Shown piece after piece: positions 23,567 through 35,493 of a stretch of 64,000 bases of DNA. The number at the start of each line of letters is the position of its first letter. Positions within the stretch are counted from its first letter, which is position 1. The stretch lies in NCBI RefSeq assembly GCF_036321535.1, contig NC_087447.1, forward strand, positions 51,772,001 to 51,836,000, given 5' to 3'. Below the pieces are notes generated by a model. The model did no database searches. It had not been told where the DNA came from and worked only from the letters and a program-made list of their open reading frames with translations. Origin of the DNA: Camelus dromedarius (lineage: Eukaryota). A program made the translations under genes and the position numbers.

Positions 23567-26500
23567 TAGTTTGTTCTTTTTCTAGTTTTTTAAGTTATAA
23601 AGTTAGGTTGTTTATTTGTAATCTTTTTTTTTTTTTAATATAAGTATTTATAGTTATAACTATCCCCCTTAGCACCTTTCACTGTGTCTCATAAGTTTTG
23701 GTATGTTGTAATTTCTCTTTTGTTCATATCTATGCATTTTCTAATTTCCCTTGTGATTTCTTCTTTGATTAATTGCCTGCTTAAAAGTGTATTTTTTGTT
23801 TCCACAGTATTGTAAATGTTCCAGTTTTCTTTGTAATTAAACTCTTAAGCTTTTCCTGTTCTAGTCAGAGAAGATATTTTGTATGATATCTGTCTTTTAA
23901 AACCTGTTGAGTCTTAATTTGTGGCCTAACTTACAGTCTTTTCCTGGAAAATGTCCCATGTGCACTTGAGAAAAATTATGTTAGTCTTGTTGCATGGAAT
24001 GTTCTTTATATGTCTTTTAGATCTAGTTGGTTTATTGAATTGAGTTCACTGTTTCTTCTGTCAGGTTGTTCTGCTCATTATTGTGAGTGGGTTATTGAAG
24101 AGTTGTCTATTTTTCAACTTTTATTGTAGAGTTTTCTATTTCTCTTCAATTTTGTTAGTTTTTGCATCATATTTTGATGGCTTGTCATTAGGTGTATAAA
24201 TGGTTGTATTGGTTATATCTTCTTGCTGTATTGAGCCTTTTATTAATATATAATGTCCTTCTTTGTCTCTTTTAACCTTTCTTGACTTAAAGTCTATTTT
24301 GTCATACTAGTATAGCCAATTCTGCTCTTCCGGTTATTATTCGCATGGCATATCTTTTTCCATCCTTTCACTTTCAACTTTGTGTCTTTGGATCTCAAGT
24401 GAGTCCCTTATAGATAGCATATAATTGGACCATATATTCTTATCCATTCTGCCAATCTGTCTTTTGATTAGTTTAAACCCTTTAACTTTTTTTATATGTA
24501 TATTTTTTATTGAACTATAATCAGTTTACAATATGTCACTTTCTGGTGTATAGCACAATGCTTCAATCATACATAAATATACATATACTCATTTTCATAT
24601 TCTTTTTCACCATAAGTTACTACAAGATACTGAATATAGTTTCCTGTGCTATACAGTATGAACTTGTTTATTGAGTCTATATTTATCAGTTAGTATCTGC
24701 AAATCTCAAACTCCCAGTTTATCCCCTCCCAACCTCCTCCCCCTGGTAACCACTAGTTTGTTCTCTATGTCTGAATCTGTTTCTGTTTTGCAAACAAGTT
24801 CACCTTTTTTTTTACATTCCACATATAAGTGATATCATATGGTATTTTTCTTCCTCTTTCTGGCTTACTTTACTTTGACAATCTCCAGGTCCATCCACGT
24901 TGCTGCAAATAGCATTATTTTATTATTTTTTATGGCTGACTAGTATTCCATTATATAAATATATCACAACTTCTTTATCCAGTCATCTGTCAGTGGACAT
25001 TTAGGTTGTTTCCATGTCTTGGCTGTTGTAAATAGTGCTGCTATGAACACTGGGGTGCATGTATATTTTTGAGTTTAGGTTCCCTCTGGATATATGCCCA
25101 GGGGTAGGATTGCTGTGTCATATGGTAAGTCTATTTGTGGTCTTTTGAGGAATCTCCATACTGTTTTCCATAATGGCTGCACCAAATTACATTCCCACCA
25201 ACAATGTAAGAGGGTTCCTTTTCCTCCACAGCCTCTCCAGCATTTATCGTTTGTGGACTACTGAATGATGGCCATTCTGACTGGTGTGAGGTGATACCTC
25301 ATTGTAGTTTTGATTTGCATTTCGCTGATAATTAGCGATGTTGAGCATTTTTTCATGTGCCTATTGGCCATTTGTATGTCTTCACTGAAGAATTGCTTGT
25401 TTAGGTCTTTTGCCCATTTTTGGATTGGGTTTTTTTTTTATTATTATTAAGTTGTATGAACTGTTTATATATTCTGGAGATTAAGCCCTTGTCAGTGTCA
25501 TCTTTTGCAAATATTTCTCCCATTCTGTAGGTTGTCTTTTTGTTTTGCTTATGGTTTCCTATGCTATGCAAAAGCTTATAAATTTAACTAGGTGCCATTT
25601 GTTTATTTTTGCTTTTATTTCTATTGCCTGAGTAGATTGGAGGGACTGACTTCGATCATTGTGCTGTTTGTTTCCTGTATGCCTGATAACTTTCTTGTCT
25701 CTCATTTCCTGCCCTCCTGTCTTCTTTTGTGTTCAGTTGATTTTTTTGTAGTGAAATGTTTAAGTTCCTTCTTAATTTTCTTTTGTGTATGTCCTGTAAT
25801 TATTTTCTTTGTTACCATGAGAATTACATTTAACATCTTAGTTATTATGTATTAATTTGAATTTGTAGCAGCTTAACGTTAATAACATACACAAACTCTG
25901 CTCCTTCACAGCTCTATTCCACCTCTTTTGATTGTTGATGTTGCAGAATTACATCTTTATAACTGTGTACCCCAAAACATAAACCAGTAATTCTTTTAAA
26001 GATATTAGTCTCCTAAATTGTGTAGAAGAGAAGATTTGGAGTTACAAACCGAAGTTACAATAATACGAGCTATTACCTTAATAATTGTTTTTTTTTTCTT
26101 TACGTGTATTAGTCTCCTAAATCATACAGAGAACAAAAAAGTACAGTTACAAACCATTGTTACAATAATACCAGCTTTATAATCGCCTACGTATTTACCC
26201 GTATTGAGATCTTTGTTTCTTCAAATGGCTTCGAGCTACTGACTAGTGTGCTTTCTTTTCACCTTGCAGGACTCCCTTGAGCCTTGCTTACAGGGCAGGT
26301 CTAGTGGTCATAAACTCCCTCAGCTTTTGTTTATCTGGGAATGTCTTGATTTCTCTCTCACTTTTGAAGGACAGTTTTGCCAGATTTAGGATTGTTCATT
26401 GACAGTTTTTTTCTTTGAGCACTTTGAATATATCTGTCTTTTTTATGGCCTCCAAGGTTTCTGATAAGAAATACGCAGATAATGTTATTAAGGATCCCAT

Positions 26501-28150
26501 GTATAGAATGATTTGCTTTGTTGCTGCCTTCAAGATTTGCTCTTTGTCTTTTGAAAGTCTCAGTGTGAGTCTCTCTGAATTCATTTTACTTTGAGTTGGT
26601 TGAGCTTCTTGGATGTTTATTTTTGTCTTCAAGTTTGGGAAATTTTTAATCATTATTTTTTCAAATATTCTCTCTGCCCTTTTTTCTCTCTCTTCTTCTA
26701 GAATTCCCACAGTATGTTTGTCCTTCTGATAGTGTCCCATGGATCTCTTAGGTTCTGTTCCCTTTTCTTCAACTTTTTTTCTTTTGTCCCTTAGCCTCAA
26801 TGAATTCCATTGTCCTGTCTTCAAGCTTACTAACTCTTCTGTCTGCTCTATTCTGCCTTTGAATCCCTCTAGTAAATATTTAATTTTGGTTATCGTACTT
26901 TTCTGCTCCACAATTTTTTTTTTTTGGTTTGTTTTTAGGTTTCTCTCTCTCTCTCTCTTAATTGAGGTATAGTGGATTTACAGTGTTGTGTTAGGTTCTG
27001 CTGTACATCAAAGTGATTCATATATATATATATTTCATATTCTTTTCATTATAGGTTATTATAGGATATTGAATATAGTTCCCTGTGCTATACAGTAGGA
27101 CCTTGCTGTTTATCTATTTTATATATAGTAGTTTATATTTTATAATCCCAAACTCCTAATTTATCCCTCCCCCACCCCCACCAGGTTTTCTCTTTTATTG
27201 ATATTTCCATTTTGTTCACACATCATTTTCTTAACTTTCTCCATATTTTCCTTTAGTTCTTAGATTATCTTTAAGACCATTCTTCTAAAGTCTTTGTTTA
27301 AAGTCTTTGTCTAATAACATCTGCTAGTGAGTCTTTTTCAGCAGGAGATTTTGTTGAATTACTGTTTTCTTCTGAATGGGCCAGACTTTCCTGTTTCTTT
27401 GTCTTCTGATTGTGGAGCCGTGGACATTTGAATTTAATAATATGGTAACATTGGAAATCAGATTCTCCTCCTTCCCCTGGGTTTGCTGTTTATTATAGTT
27501 TTGTTTTTTATTGTTGTAGGCTGTCTCTGTGCTGAGGGTCAGCCTAAAGTATAAACTTAATACCTTCTTGTATCTTTTCTGAGCCTTTCCTTTGGCATGT
27601 GCAGTCACTTTCTAATTTTTTTCCATATATGCTGTTGTTTTTGAATGTTCTGGTTTCTAATGTTTGGCTCCCCAAAGGGGAAAAGCGAAAAATGAAGTGG
27701 GGAAGTAGGGGTGGGGAGGGCACTGGCCCTTTAAATCCTCTGGAAGTCACTTTAACTTGAGGTGGAGGGATTTACTGCAGTGGAGATACGTGCAGCAACA
27801 ATGACTGTGGGCTTCTTTGTCTGTACCTGTGTGATCAGAAGCAGCAATCGGAGCAGATTCCCCAATATTTGGGGGATAGAGTCCTTTTTACCCACCCCAG
27901 CTCCTGCAAAATGCATGTAAGCTGCTCGAGGAAAATGTACGCAGCTGCCTGCCACGCTGGGTGTGGGGTAGGGGTAGCTGCTGCTGTGCTAAGAGCAGAA
28001 ACTGACCGCAGTTTATGGGAAGCCTCCCCCTGGAGGTTGCAAGCCTTCAGCCAACTCCGAAGTTCCGAAAATAGTTAGGTCGGACAGAGTCTGCCCTCCA
28101 GTGCAGGTATTGCCTAGGTGGGGAGACAGCTTCCTGTCTCTGCCGTCTTC
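23567..28150 (-). mobile_element. Older L1 5' half (ORF2 5' region, ORF1, 5'UTR) with nested L1 3' ends at ~24490-25636 and ~26955-27182
   Basis: ORF1-like translation EKIMIKNFPNLK...KDKEQILKAA (26396..26911); antisense ORF2-like sequence at 23570-24480; the nested young L1 tail resembles 11870-13030. Confidence 0.75.
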
Positions 28151-28154
28151 CCAG

Positions 28155-29162
28155 AATCCTTTTTTACTTTAGAGAAGTTTTAGGTTTACAACACAATTGA
28201 GAGGAGGATAGAGAGACATCCCATATCCTCTGTCCCCACTCCTGCATGGCCTCCCCCATGATCAATATCACTCACCAGAATGGTTTTTTTTTTTTTAAAC
28301 AAGGGTGAACCTACATCGACACATCATAATCACCCAAAGTCCCTAGTTAACATGGTCACTCTTTTTAGTATACATTCTGCTGGTTTGGAAAAATGTATAG
28401 TGGTATGTATCCATCATTATGGTATCATATAGAGTATTTTCACTGTCCTCAAAGTCCTCTGCTCTACCTATTCATCCTCTTCCAATTCTTGGCCACCTTT
28501 TTACTGTTTTCATAGTTTTGCCTTTTCCAGAATGTCATGTGGTTGGAGTCATTCAGTATGTAGCCTTTTCAGATTGGCTTCTTTCACTTAGTAATATGCA
28601 TTTAAGATTCCTCTGTGTCTTCCTGGCTCGATAGTACGCTTTTTTTTGGCACTGAATAATATTCCATTGTCTGGAGGTACCAGTTTCTTAGTCCATCCAT
28701 CTACTAAATGACATCTTGGTTGCTTCCAGGTTTTGGCAGTTTTGATTAAAGCTGTCAAACATCCACATGCAGGTTTTTGTGTGGACAAAATGTCTCAGCT
28801 CTTTGGTTAAATACCAAGGAATGTGATTGCTGAATCTGACAGCAAGAGCAGGTTTAGTTGTATAAGAAGCAGCCAAACTGTCTTCCAAAGTGGCTGTACC
28901 ATCTTGCATCCCCACCAGCGATGAATGAGAGTTCCTGTTGCTCCACATCCTCACTAGCGTTTGGTGTTGTCAGTGTTCTGGATTTCGGCTTAATAGGTGT
29001 GTAGTAGTATCTCCTTGTTATTTTAGTTTGCACTTCCCTGATGGACATGATGTTGAGCATCCTTTCATGTGTGTATTTACCATCTGTTTATCTTCTTTGG
29101 TGAGGTGTCTGTTAAGACGTTTAGCCCATTTTTTAATCCGGTTGTTTGTTTTCTTATTATTG
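28155..29162 (-). mobile_element. L1MC-like 3' end, host of composite copy 3; resumes at 32215-32750
   Basis: agaagttttaggtttacaacacaattgag 3'UTR type; ORF2 tail [11 protein letters not shown]. Confidence 0.8.
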
Positions 29163-32100
29163 GTTTTTTTTAATATTAATAGATTTTATTTTTTAGAGCA
29201 GTTTCAGGTTCGCAGCAGAATTGAGCAGAAAGTACAGAGAGTTCACACATAGCCCTCTCCACCCACACACATATACTCCCCTACCCTCAACATCCCTCAT
29301 CAGTGTGGCATATTTGGTACAATGGATGAACCAATATGGGCACATTATTATCAACCAAAGTCCATAGTTTACATTAGGGTTCACTCTTGATGTTGTACAT
29401 TCTGTGGGTTTTGACAAATGCATAATGACATGTAGCCACCACTGTAGTATCATACAGAATAATTTCATTGCCCTAAAAATCCCTTGTGCTCCATCTATTC
29501 ATTCCTGCCTCCATTCCTCTCCCCAAACCCCTGGAAACCATGATCTTTTTATTGTTTCTGTAGCTTTGGCTTTTCTAAGATGTCATTTGGTTGGAATCAT
29601 CATACAGTTTGTAAACCTTTTCAGACTGGCTTCTTTCATTTAGTAATATGTCTTTTAAGTGTCTTTCATGGCTTGATAGATTCTTTTTTTTTTTTTTTTA
29701 CTGCACATATATTGTTTCAATTTACATATGTGTACTGTTGATTGTTTCTAAGAACGTTTAGAGCTTTGGCTTTTTAAACTTACTTAAATAGTTATCAAAG
29801 GAATAACGCCAACCACAAAATAAGAATTAATTCAAAAGGATATATACACTCTGCTATTAACATCAACATTATTTACAATTGCCAAGATATGGAAGCATCC
29901 TAAGTGCACATCAATAGTTGAATAGATAAAGAGATATAGCATACATATATAATGGAACACAACTCACTTATAAGAAAGAAGGATATTTTGCCAATTGTGG
30001 CCCTTCATTCACTTTTTTTTTCACTTCAAATCCAGAATTTTATAATCGGCATATACATTTCCATTGCATCAAATCAAAAACAACAAAATACCTAGAAATA
30101 AACTTAACCAAGGAGGTTAACTATACTCTGAAAACTGAAATGACACAAAGAAATGGAAAGATTTCTTGTGCTGTTGGATTGGAAGAACCAACACTATCAA
30201 AATGGCCACACTACCCAAAGCAATCCACGGATCCAGAGCAACCCCTATCAAAATACTCAGGACATTCCTCACAGAACTCTAACAAATTATTCCAAAATTT
30301 ATAAGGAACCACAGAAGACCCCGAACAGCCAAAGCAGTCTTTTGTGGGTCTCTTTTTTTTTTTCTCTTTTTGTTCTCTTTTCTTACGGTTTGATGACTAG
30401 AGAAGGTCTTTTAACATTTGTTGTGAAGCTGGTTTTTGTGGTGCTGAAGTCTTTTAGCTGTTGTTTATCTGTGAAGATTTTGATTTTTCCATCAAATCTG
30501 AACAAGAGCCTTGCTGGGTAGAGTATTCTTGGTTGTTTAAGTTTTCCCCTTTCTTCGCTTTAAGTATGTCGTGCCACTCCCTTCTGGCCTGTAGAGTTTC
30601 TGCTGAAAAATCAGCTGATAACCTTATGGGAGTTCCCTTGTATGTTATTTGTTGCTTTTCTCTTGCCAGTTTTAATATTTTCTCCTTAGTCTTAATTTTT
30701 GTCAGTTTGATGACTATGTGCCCTGGTGTGTTCCTCTTTGGGTTGATCCTGTGTCATACTCTCTGCACTTCCTGGACTTGGGTGACTGTTTCCTTTCTCA
30801 AGTTGGGGAAGTTTTCGGTGATTATCTCTCCAAAAATTTTATCAGTTCTTTCTCTTTTCTTACTGGGACCCCTGTAATGCAAATATTAGTGTGCTTAATG
30901 TTGTCCCAGAGTTCTCTTAAACTATCCTCATTTCTTTTCATTCTTTTTTCTATTCTACAGTAGTGATTTCCACTAATCTGTCTTCTAACTCACTGATCCG
31001 TTCTTCTGCCTCATTTAGTCTATTCTTGGTTCCTTCTAGTGTGTTATTCATTTCAGTGATTTTATTCAACTCTGGGTATTTATATTTTCCAACTCTTTGC
31101 TAAGAACTTTGCTCTGTGCATCTATATTCCTCTTGAGTTCTCTGAACATCTTGGTCATCATTACTTTAAACTCTCTCATATAAATTGCCTATCTCCTCAT
31201 CACTTACTACTTCTTCTGGGATTTGATCTGGTGCCTTGTCCTGGTAGATATTCCTTTGCTGCCTCATATCGTCTCTTTTTCTATGTGTTTGTGGATTCGT
31301 TCCACAGGCTTTGGGATTGTTGTTTTCTTATTTCTGGTAACTGCCCCTGGTGGATGAGAGTGGACTAGAGGCTTATACAGGGATCCTGGCAGGAGGAGCC
31401 AGTGCCTGTCCACTGCTGGGTAAAGCCTGGTCCGGGACCTCTGGTGGGTAGGGCTGTGTCTAGAGGCCTTTGTGGCTTAGGAAGTCTGCTGATGTGTGGG
31501 GCTGTGTTCCCACCCTGTGTGTTGTTTGGCTTGAGGCTTCCCTACAGGCTGTTGGGTGGGGGTAGGTTTGGGTGCTAATGATCCAATCAAGGTGTCAGCC
31601 TCCAGGAAAGCTCATGTAGATGAACACTCCCAGAATGTCCACCACCAGCTTTTATGTCCCCTGGGTGAGTTGCAGCCATTCCCCACATCCCCAGGAGACC
31701 CTCCAAAACCAGCAGTCAGATTTGGCCCAGGTTCCTATGAAGTCACTGCCTCTGCCTTTGGACCTGGTGCACACGAGTTTCCGTGTACACTTCCAAAGTG
31801 AAGGGAGTCTCCGTTTCCCCTGTCCCATGGGGCTTCCGGAGCTAAGCCCTGCTGGCCTTCAAAACCAGATGTCTGGGGTCTCCTTCCCCTCCCAATGCCG
31901 GAACCTGAGCTGGGGAGCCTGACGTGAGGCTTAGAGCTCTCACTTCTGTGGGAGGGCCTCTGCAACTTAAGTATTCAGCTTGCGGGTCGCCCACCCGGGG
32001 GGTTATGGGGCCCAATTATATCACGAGAACGGCCCTCCTACTGTCCTGCTGTGGTTCCCTCTTTATGTTTCCAGTTGCAAAAGATCTTTTTTTGCTAGAT

Positions 32101-32214
32101 TCCAGTCTTTTTTTCGATGGTTGTTTAGCATTCAGTTGTGGTTTCGTTGTAGACGTAGATGTGAGGAGAGGTGAGCTCGTGGTCCTACCACTTGGCTATC
32201 TTGACCGGAAATCC
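29163..32214 (-). mobile_element. Composite HAL1-like element, copy 3 (full length, ~3.05 kb, TSD-flanked)
   Basis: 16-bp TSD tgttttcttatt(a/g)ttg at 29147-29162 and 32215-32230; 5' end ggatttccggtcaagatagcc; decayed ORF1 at 31267-30397; no sense-strand ORF2. Confidence 0.88.
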
Positions 32215-32750
32215 TGTTTTCTTATTGTTGAGTTTTAAGAGGTCTTTGTGTATTTTCAGTAACAGTCCTTTAACAGATGTGTTTTTTGACAAATATTTTC
32301 TCTCAGTCTCTGGTTTATCTCTAGTTCTCTTGATACTGTCATTCACGGAGCAGAAGTTTTTAATTTTAAGGAAATCCAGCTAATCAGTTACTTCTCTCAT
32401 GGATTGTGTCTTTGCTGTTGTATCTGAAAAGCCATGACCATGCTCAGCGTCACTGGGTGTTTTTCCTGTGATCTTCTAGGAGTTTTATAGTTTTGCATTT
32501 TACATTTAGGTCTATGATCCATTTTGAGTTAATTTTTGTGATGAGTGTTAAGTTTGTGTCCAGATTGACTGTTTTGGATGTGGACTTGTCCTTGTTCCAG
32601 CCCTGTCTATTGATGAGACTATCTTTGCTCTATCATGTTGCTCTGTTGTCAAAGATCAGTTGACTATATTTATGGGGGTCTGTTTCTGGCCACTTTTTTC
32701 TTGTCCCATTGATCTGATCAGCTGTTCCTTAACCAATACCACACTTAGAC
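32215..32750 (-). mobile_element. Continuation of the host L1MC-like element (ORF2 region)
   Basis: gagcagaagtttttaattttaagg...tcaaagatcagttgactatat continues the sequence interrupted at 29162. Confidence 0.8.
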
Positions 32751-33797
32751 ATCTTTTTTAAAAAGTCACAGTGAACATAACTTTGCTTTTGGCTACTGTA
32801 GGACCTCCAGGCAGTTTCTTCTCTCAGCTTTGGTTCCAGGAGGAGGAGGTAGCAGCTGCTCTCTTGCACATCCTAACGTGCTGCTGCTGTGCTTCTCAAA
32901 CTGCCTGGGGAAGGACTAGTTCGGTTTGTTCTTCTGACTTCCAGTCTGGTGCAGACTTTTTTTGTAGCACATGATAAAATGACTTACCAGGGAAGTGATC
33001 ATGAGCTTGTATGGTCATAGTAATGTCTTATCACTGTGTATGCTTCTAAATGCTCAGTTTCTGAACTTGCTTTGTCGTAGACTGCTAAGTGGAGCACACT
33101 TTAGTTACACTGCCGTGCTCGATGGGCTCAGGTTGGAGAGATTCCTGAGCTGTCTGCCCAGAGCTTCTTGCAAGAGAGCAGGAGCTAAGCTGAGGGCTGG
33201 GAATTGGCTTGTTCCAGGAATGCAGTTGTCAGGAGGGGCTCTTGCCTGTCTCCCATAGGTCAGACCGTGTCACAAGCCAGTCTGTCCCCACAGTGTCCTC
33301 TTTTTCAAGCATATTCCTCACATTGACCCCTGACTCCCTCATTTGAAGGCAGAGGGAACAATTCAGTGACAGGGGCTCTGAGAAAAGGCTGTAAGAGTGG
33401 AGTTGGAAGGTCACGGTTGGAGCAGAGCCTGCTGCTCTGAAAGGGTCTAAACGCCATTTCCCTGGGAAGCAGGGAGAAGGTTGTGAGTGGCTGGTGATAC
33501 TGGCGTGGACTCTGGAGCATGTCAGAGTTCCAGCTTTAGAACCCTGGGACCATAACACCTTAGGACACTCATATCTTCGAATCTTGAAGTCATGGGCTGT
33601 CAGAACTGGAAGGGACTGCAGGGGTCACCTCTTTGTCCAAGCTGAGTTCTTCACCTGTTCCTCCTCTCTGGCCCCGACCTGAGCTACAAGTGTCTGTCCT
33701 GCTGTAGCCTGGAGGCCCTGGGTTGCCGTGGTGTGGGCGAGTAGAAGCTCCTTGGGTGCCCTTGGCTTACTCTGGGTGCTCCTGCTCTGTTTTGAAG

Positions 33798-33891
33798 CTT
33801 CAGACATTGTGTGCTCCGTTTGACTGAGAACAACTCGCAGCCCTTGATGACCAAACTGCAGTGGCTCTTCGCCTTCCTGGAGCACAGCCAG
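33798..33891 (+). CDS. USP35: USP35 coding exon 7
   Basis: ttgaag|CTTCAGA ... AGCCAG|gtgagc; encodes (D)FRHCVLRLTENNSQPLMTKLQWLFAFLEHSQ; phase matches both flanking exons. Confidence 0.93.
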
Positions 33892-34840
33892 GTGAGCGCA
33901 GGGGGAGTGGAGGCGTGCTGGAGAGGCGGCCCCGGTCTGACACCTCCCCTTCCCTAGGACTTGCCTGCACTGGGCTGTGAGCCCCCTCTTCCTCATGCAA
34001 GCCTTTGGGCCCCAGTTCGCGCTGGCAGGGATTCATGGCAGAAGCCCATGGGGTCGATTCAGCCCCCTTACCGGGCAGGAGAGGGTGCCTTCTTGAGCCC
34101 CTTGGTACTGTTCTGCTCCCATGTCTCCCATCATTGATTCAGTCTGTTGCATAAGGTGTGGCTTTGTGTGTCTGCTGTCACTTTTGAGCACTTACATGGC
34201 TGGGCACCCTGAGGGCTGTGTTTGTTTTTTTCACTGTCACTGCCCTTGTGGAACCTAAAGCCCTTGGCCAGGCCTCGTGCCCGGCCCTGTGCGGGAGCAC
34301 AGAGGTGAGTCAGCTACAGCCCAGCCTTCGTGGAGCTCATGGTCTGGTGGGGAAGGTGGACCTGCAGAGAGCAACTGTGGTGCCTGAGCAGACGGACATG
34401 CGCCTGTCATGTCGTGCAAGGCGGGGAGAGGTTGATGATGATATGGGGGAGGGGGCCATTGGGAAGACCTCATAGGACAGGTGACACTGCTTTTGGGACT
34501 TGGACTCTAGCTAAACCTTTGATGGGGGAGAAAGCTGTTTCAGGCAGAGGGAATGGCAACTAATAAGGGCCTGGAGAGAAATATGAAGTGTGTCGGGGAA
34601 GAGCAGATTCCTGGAGGATTGTTCACCTCCATGAACCCAGTGCCTTGCTCACAGGCTGCATGGACTTGGTGGGAATGGGCCAAGGACAACTCGGAAGGGG
34701 AAGGGGGAGGATTTAATGAGGAGGCTGGGAGTTCAGGGCAGAGAGTCCCTAGGGGGGACCCTCAGGCCTAGCGCACTGTGGAGCTGGTTGGTGAGTGGCC
34801 ACCTACTCCTGACCTTGCCTTTCTCCCACCTTGGTCCTAG

Positions 34841-34947
34841 CGGCCTGCCATTTCTCCAGAGAACTTCCTGTCTGCATCCTGGACACCCTGGTTCAGCCCT
34901 GGAACCCAGCAGGACTGCTCAGAGTACCTGAAGTACCTGCTGGATCG
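34841..34947 (+). CDS. USP35: USP35 coding exon 8 (QQD box)
   Basis: tcctag|CGGCCT ... GATCG|gtaagg; encodes RPAISPENFLSASWTPWFSPGTQQDCSEYLKYLLD(R). Confidence 0.95.
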
Positions 34948-35493
34948 GTAAGGGAGGCCAGACCCGGCTCTGCATGGGGGCTCTGGCCTGAAGAGTGTGC
35001 TTGTGGGAAAGCCCTGTCCCCCTGGGCTGCGTTGTCTCTTCCTGGAAACGGGGGTGCTGCACAGTACTGCACCTGCCAAAGGCTTGGAGAAGATGGGTGC
35101 CATGAGTGTGGGGGTGAGTGTGCAGGAGGTTTTGGAGATGCTGATGTGAAGTGTGACCTGGGAGGGGTAAGTGTGGGTATACACACTGTGCTATGCTTGC
35201 CTGAGTGTGCTCGTGTGTGTGTTTTCATTACTGCTTTGGGAGTACATGCACATAGATATGGCACATCTTTTTGAGGTAGGTTTGTGTGCCTTTTGCCAGT
35301 TGGTATGTGGTCTGTGCTCCTGGCATGTGAGTGCACGTGCATGGATGTCACCTTACACAAGTGGGTGTATGTTCCCCATGCCTTCTCCTGTGTGTGTGTA
35401 AACTTGTGGCCAGATGGGTAAGGTAGGTGGCCTGGGTCAGGCCAGGGAACTGGAAACGGACCTGTACAGATGGCTCTTTGTTCCTTCCTCCAG

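Noticed and set aside
17099..32214. Segmental duplication or misassembly as the source of the repeated blocks
   Set aside because: The copies are clearly diverged, sit in different hosts, and two have their own TSDs and poly(A) tails.
11050..32750. An intact autonomous L1
   Set aside because: No continuous ORF1 or ORF2 exists; every piece is broken by stops, frameshifts or insertions.
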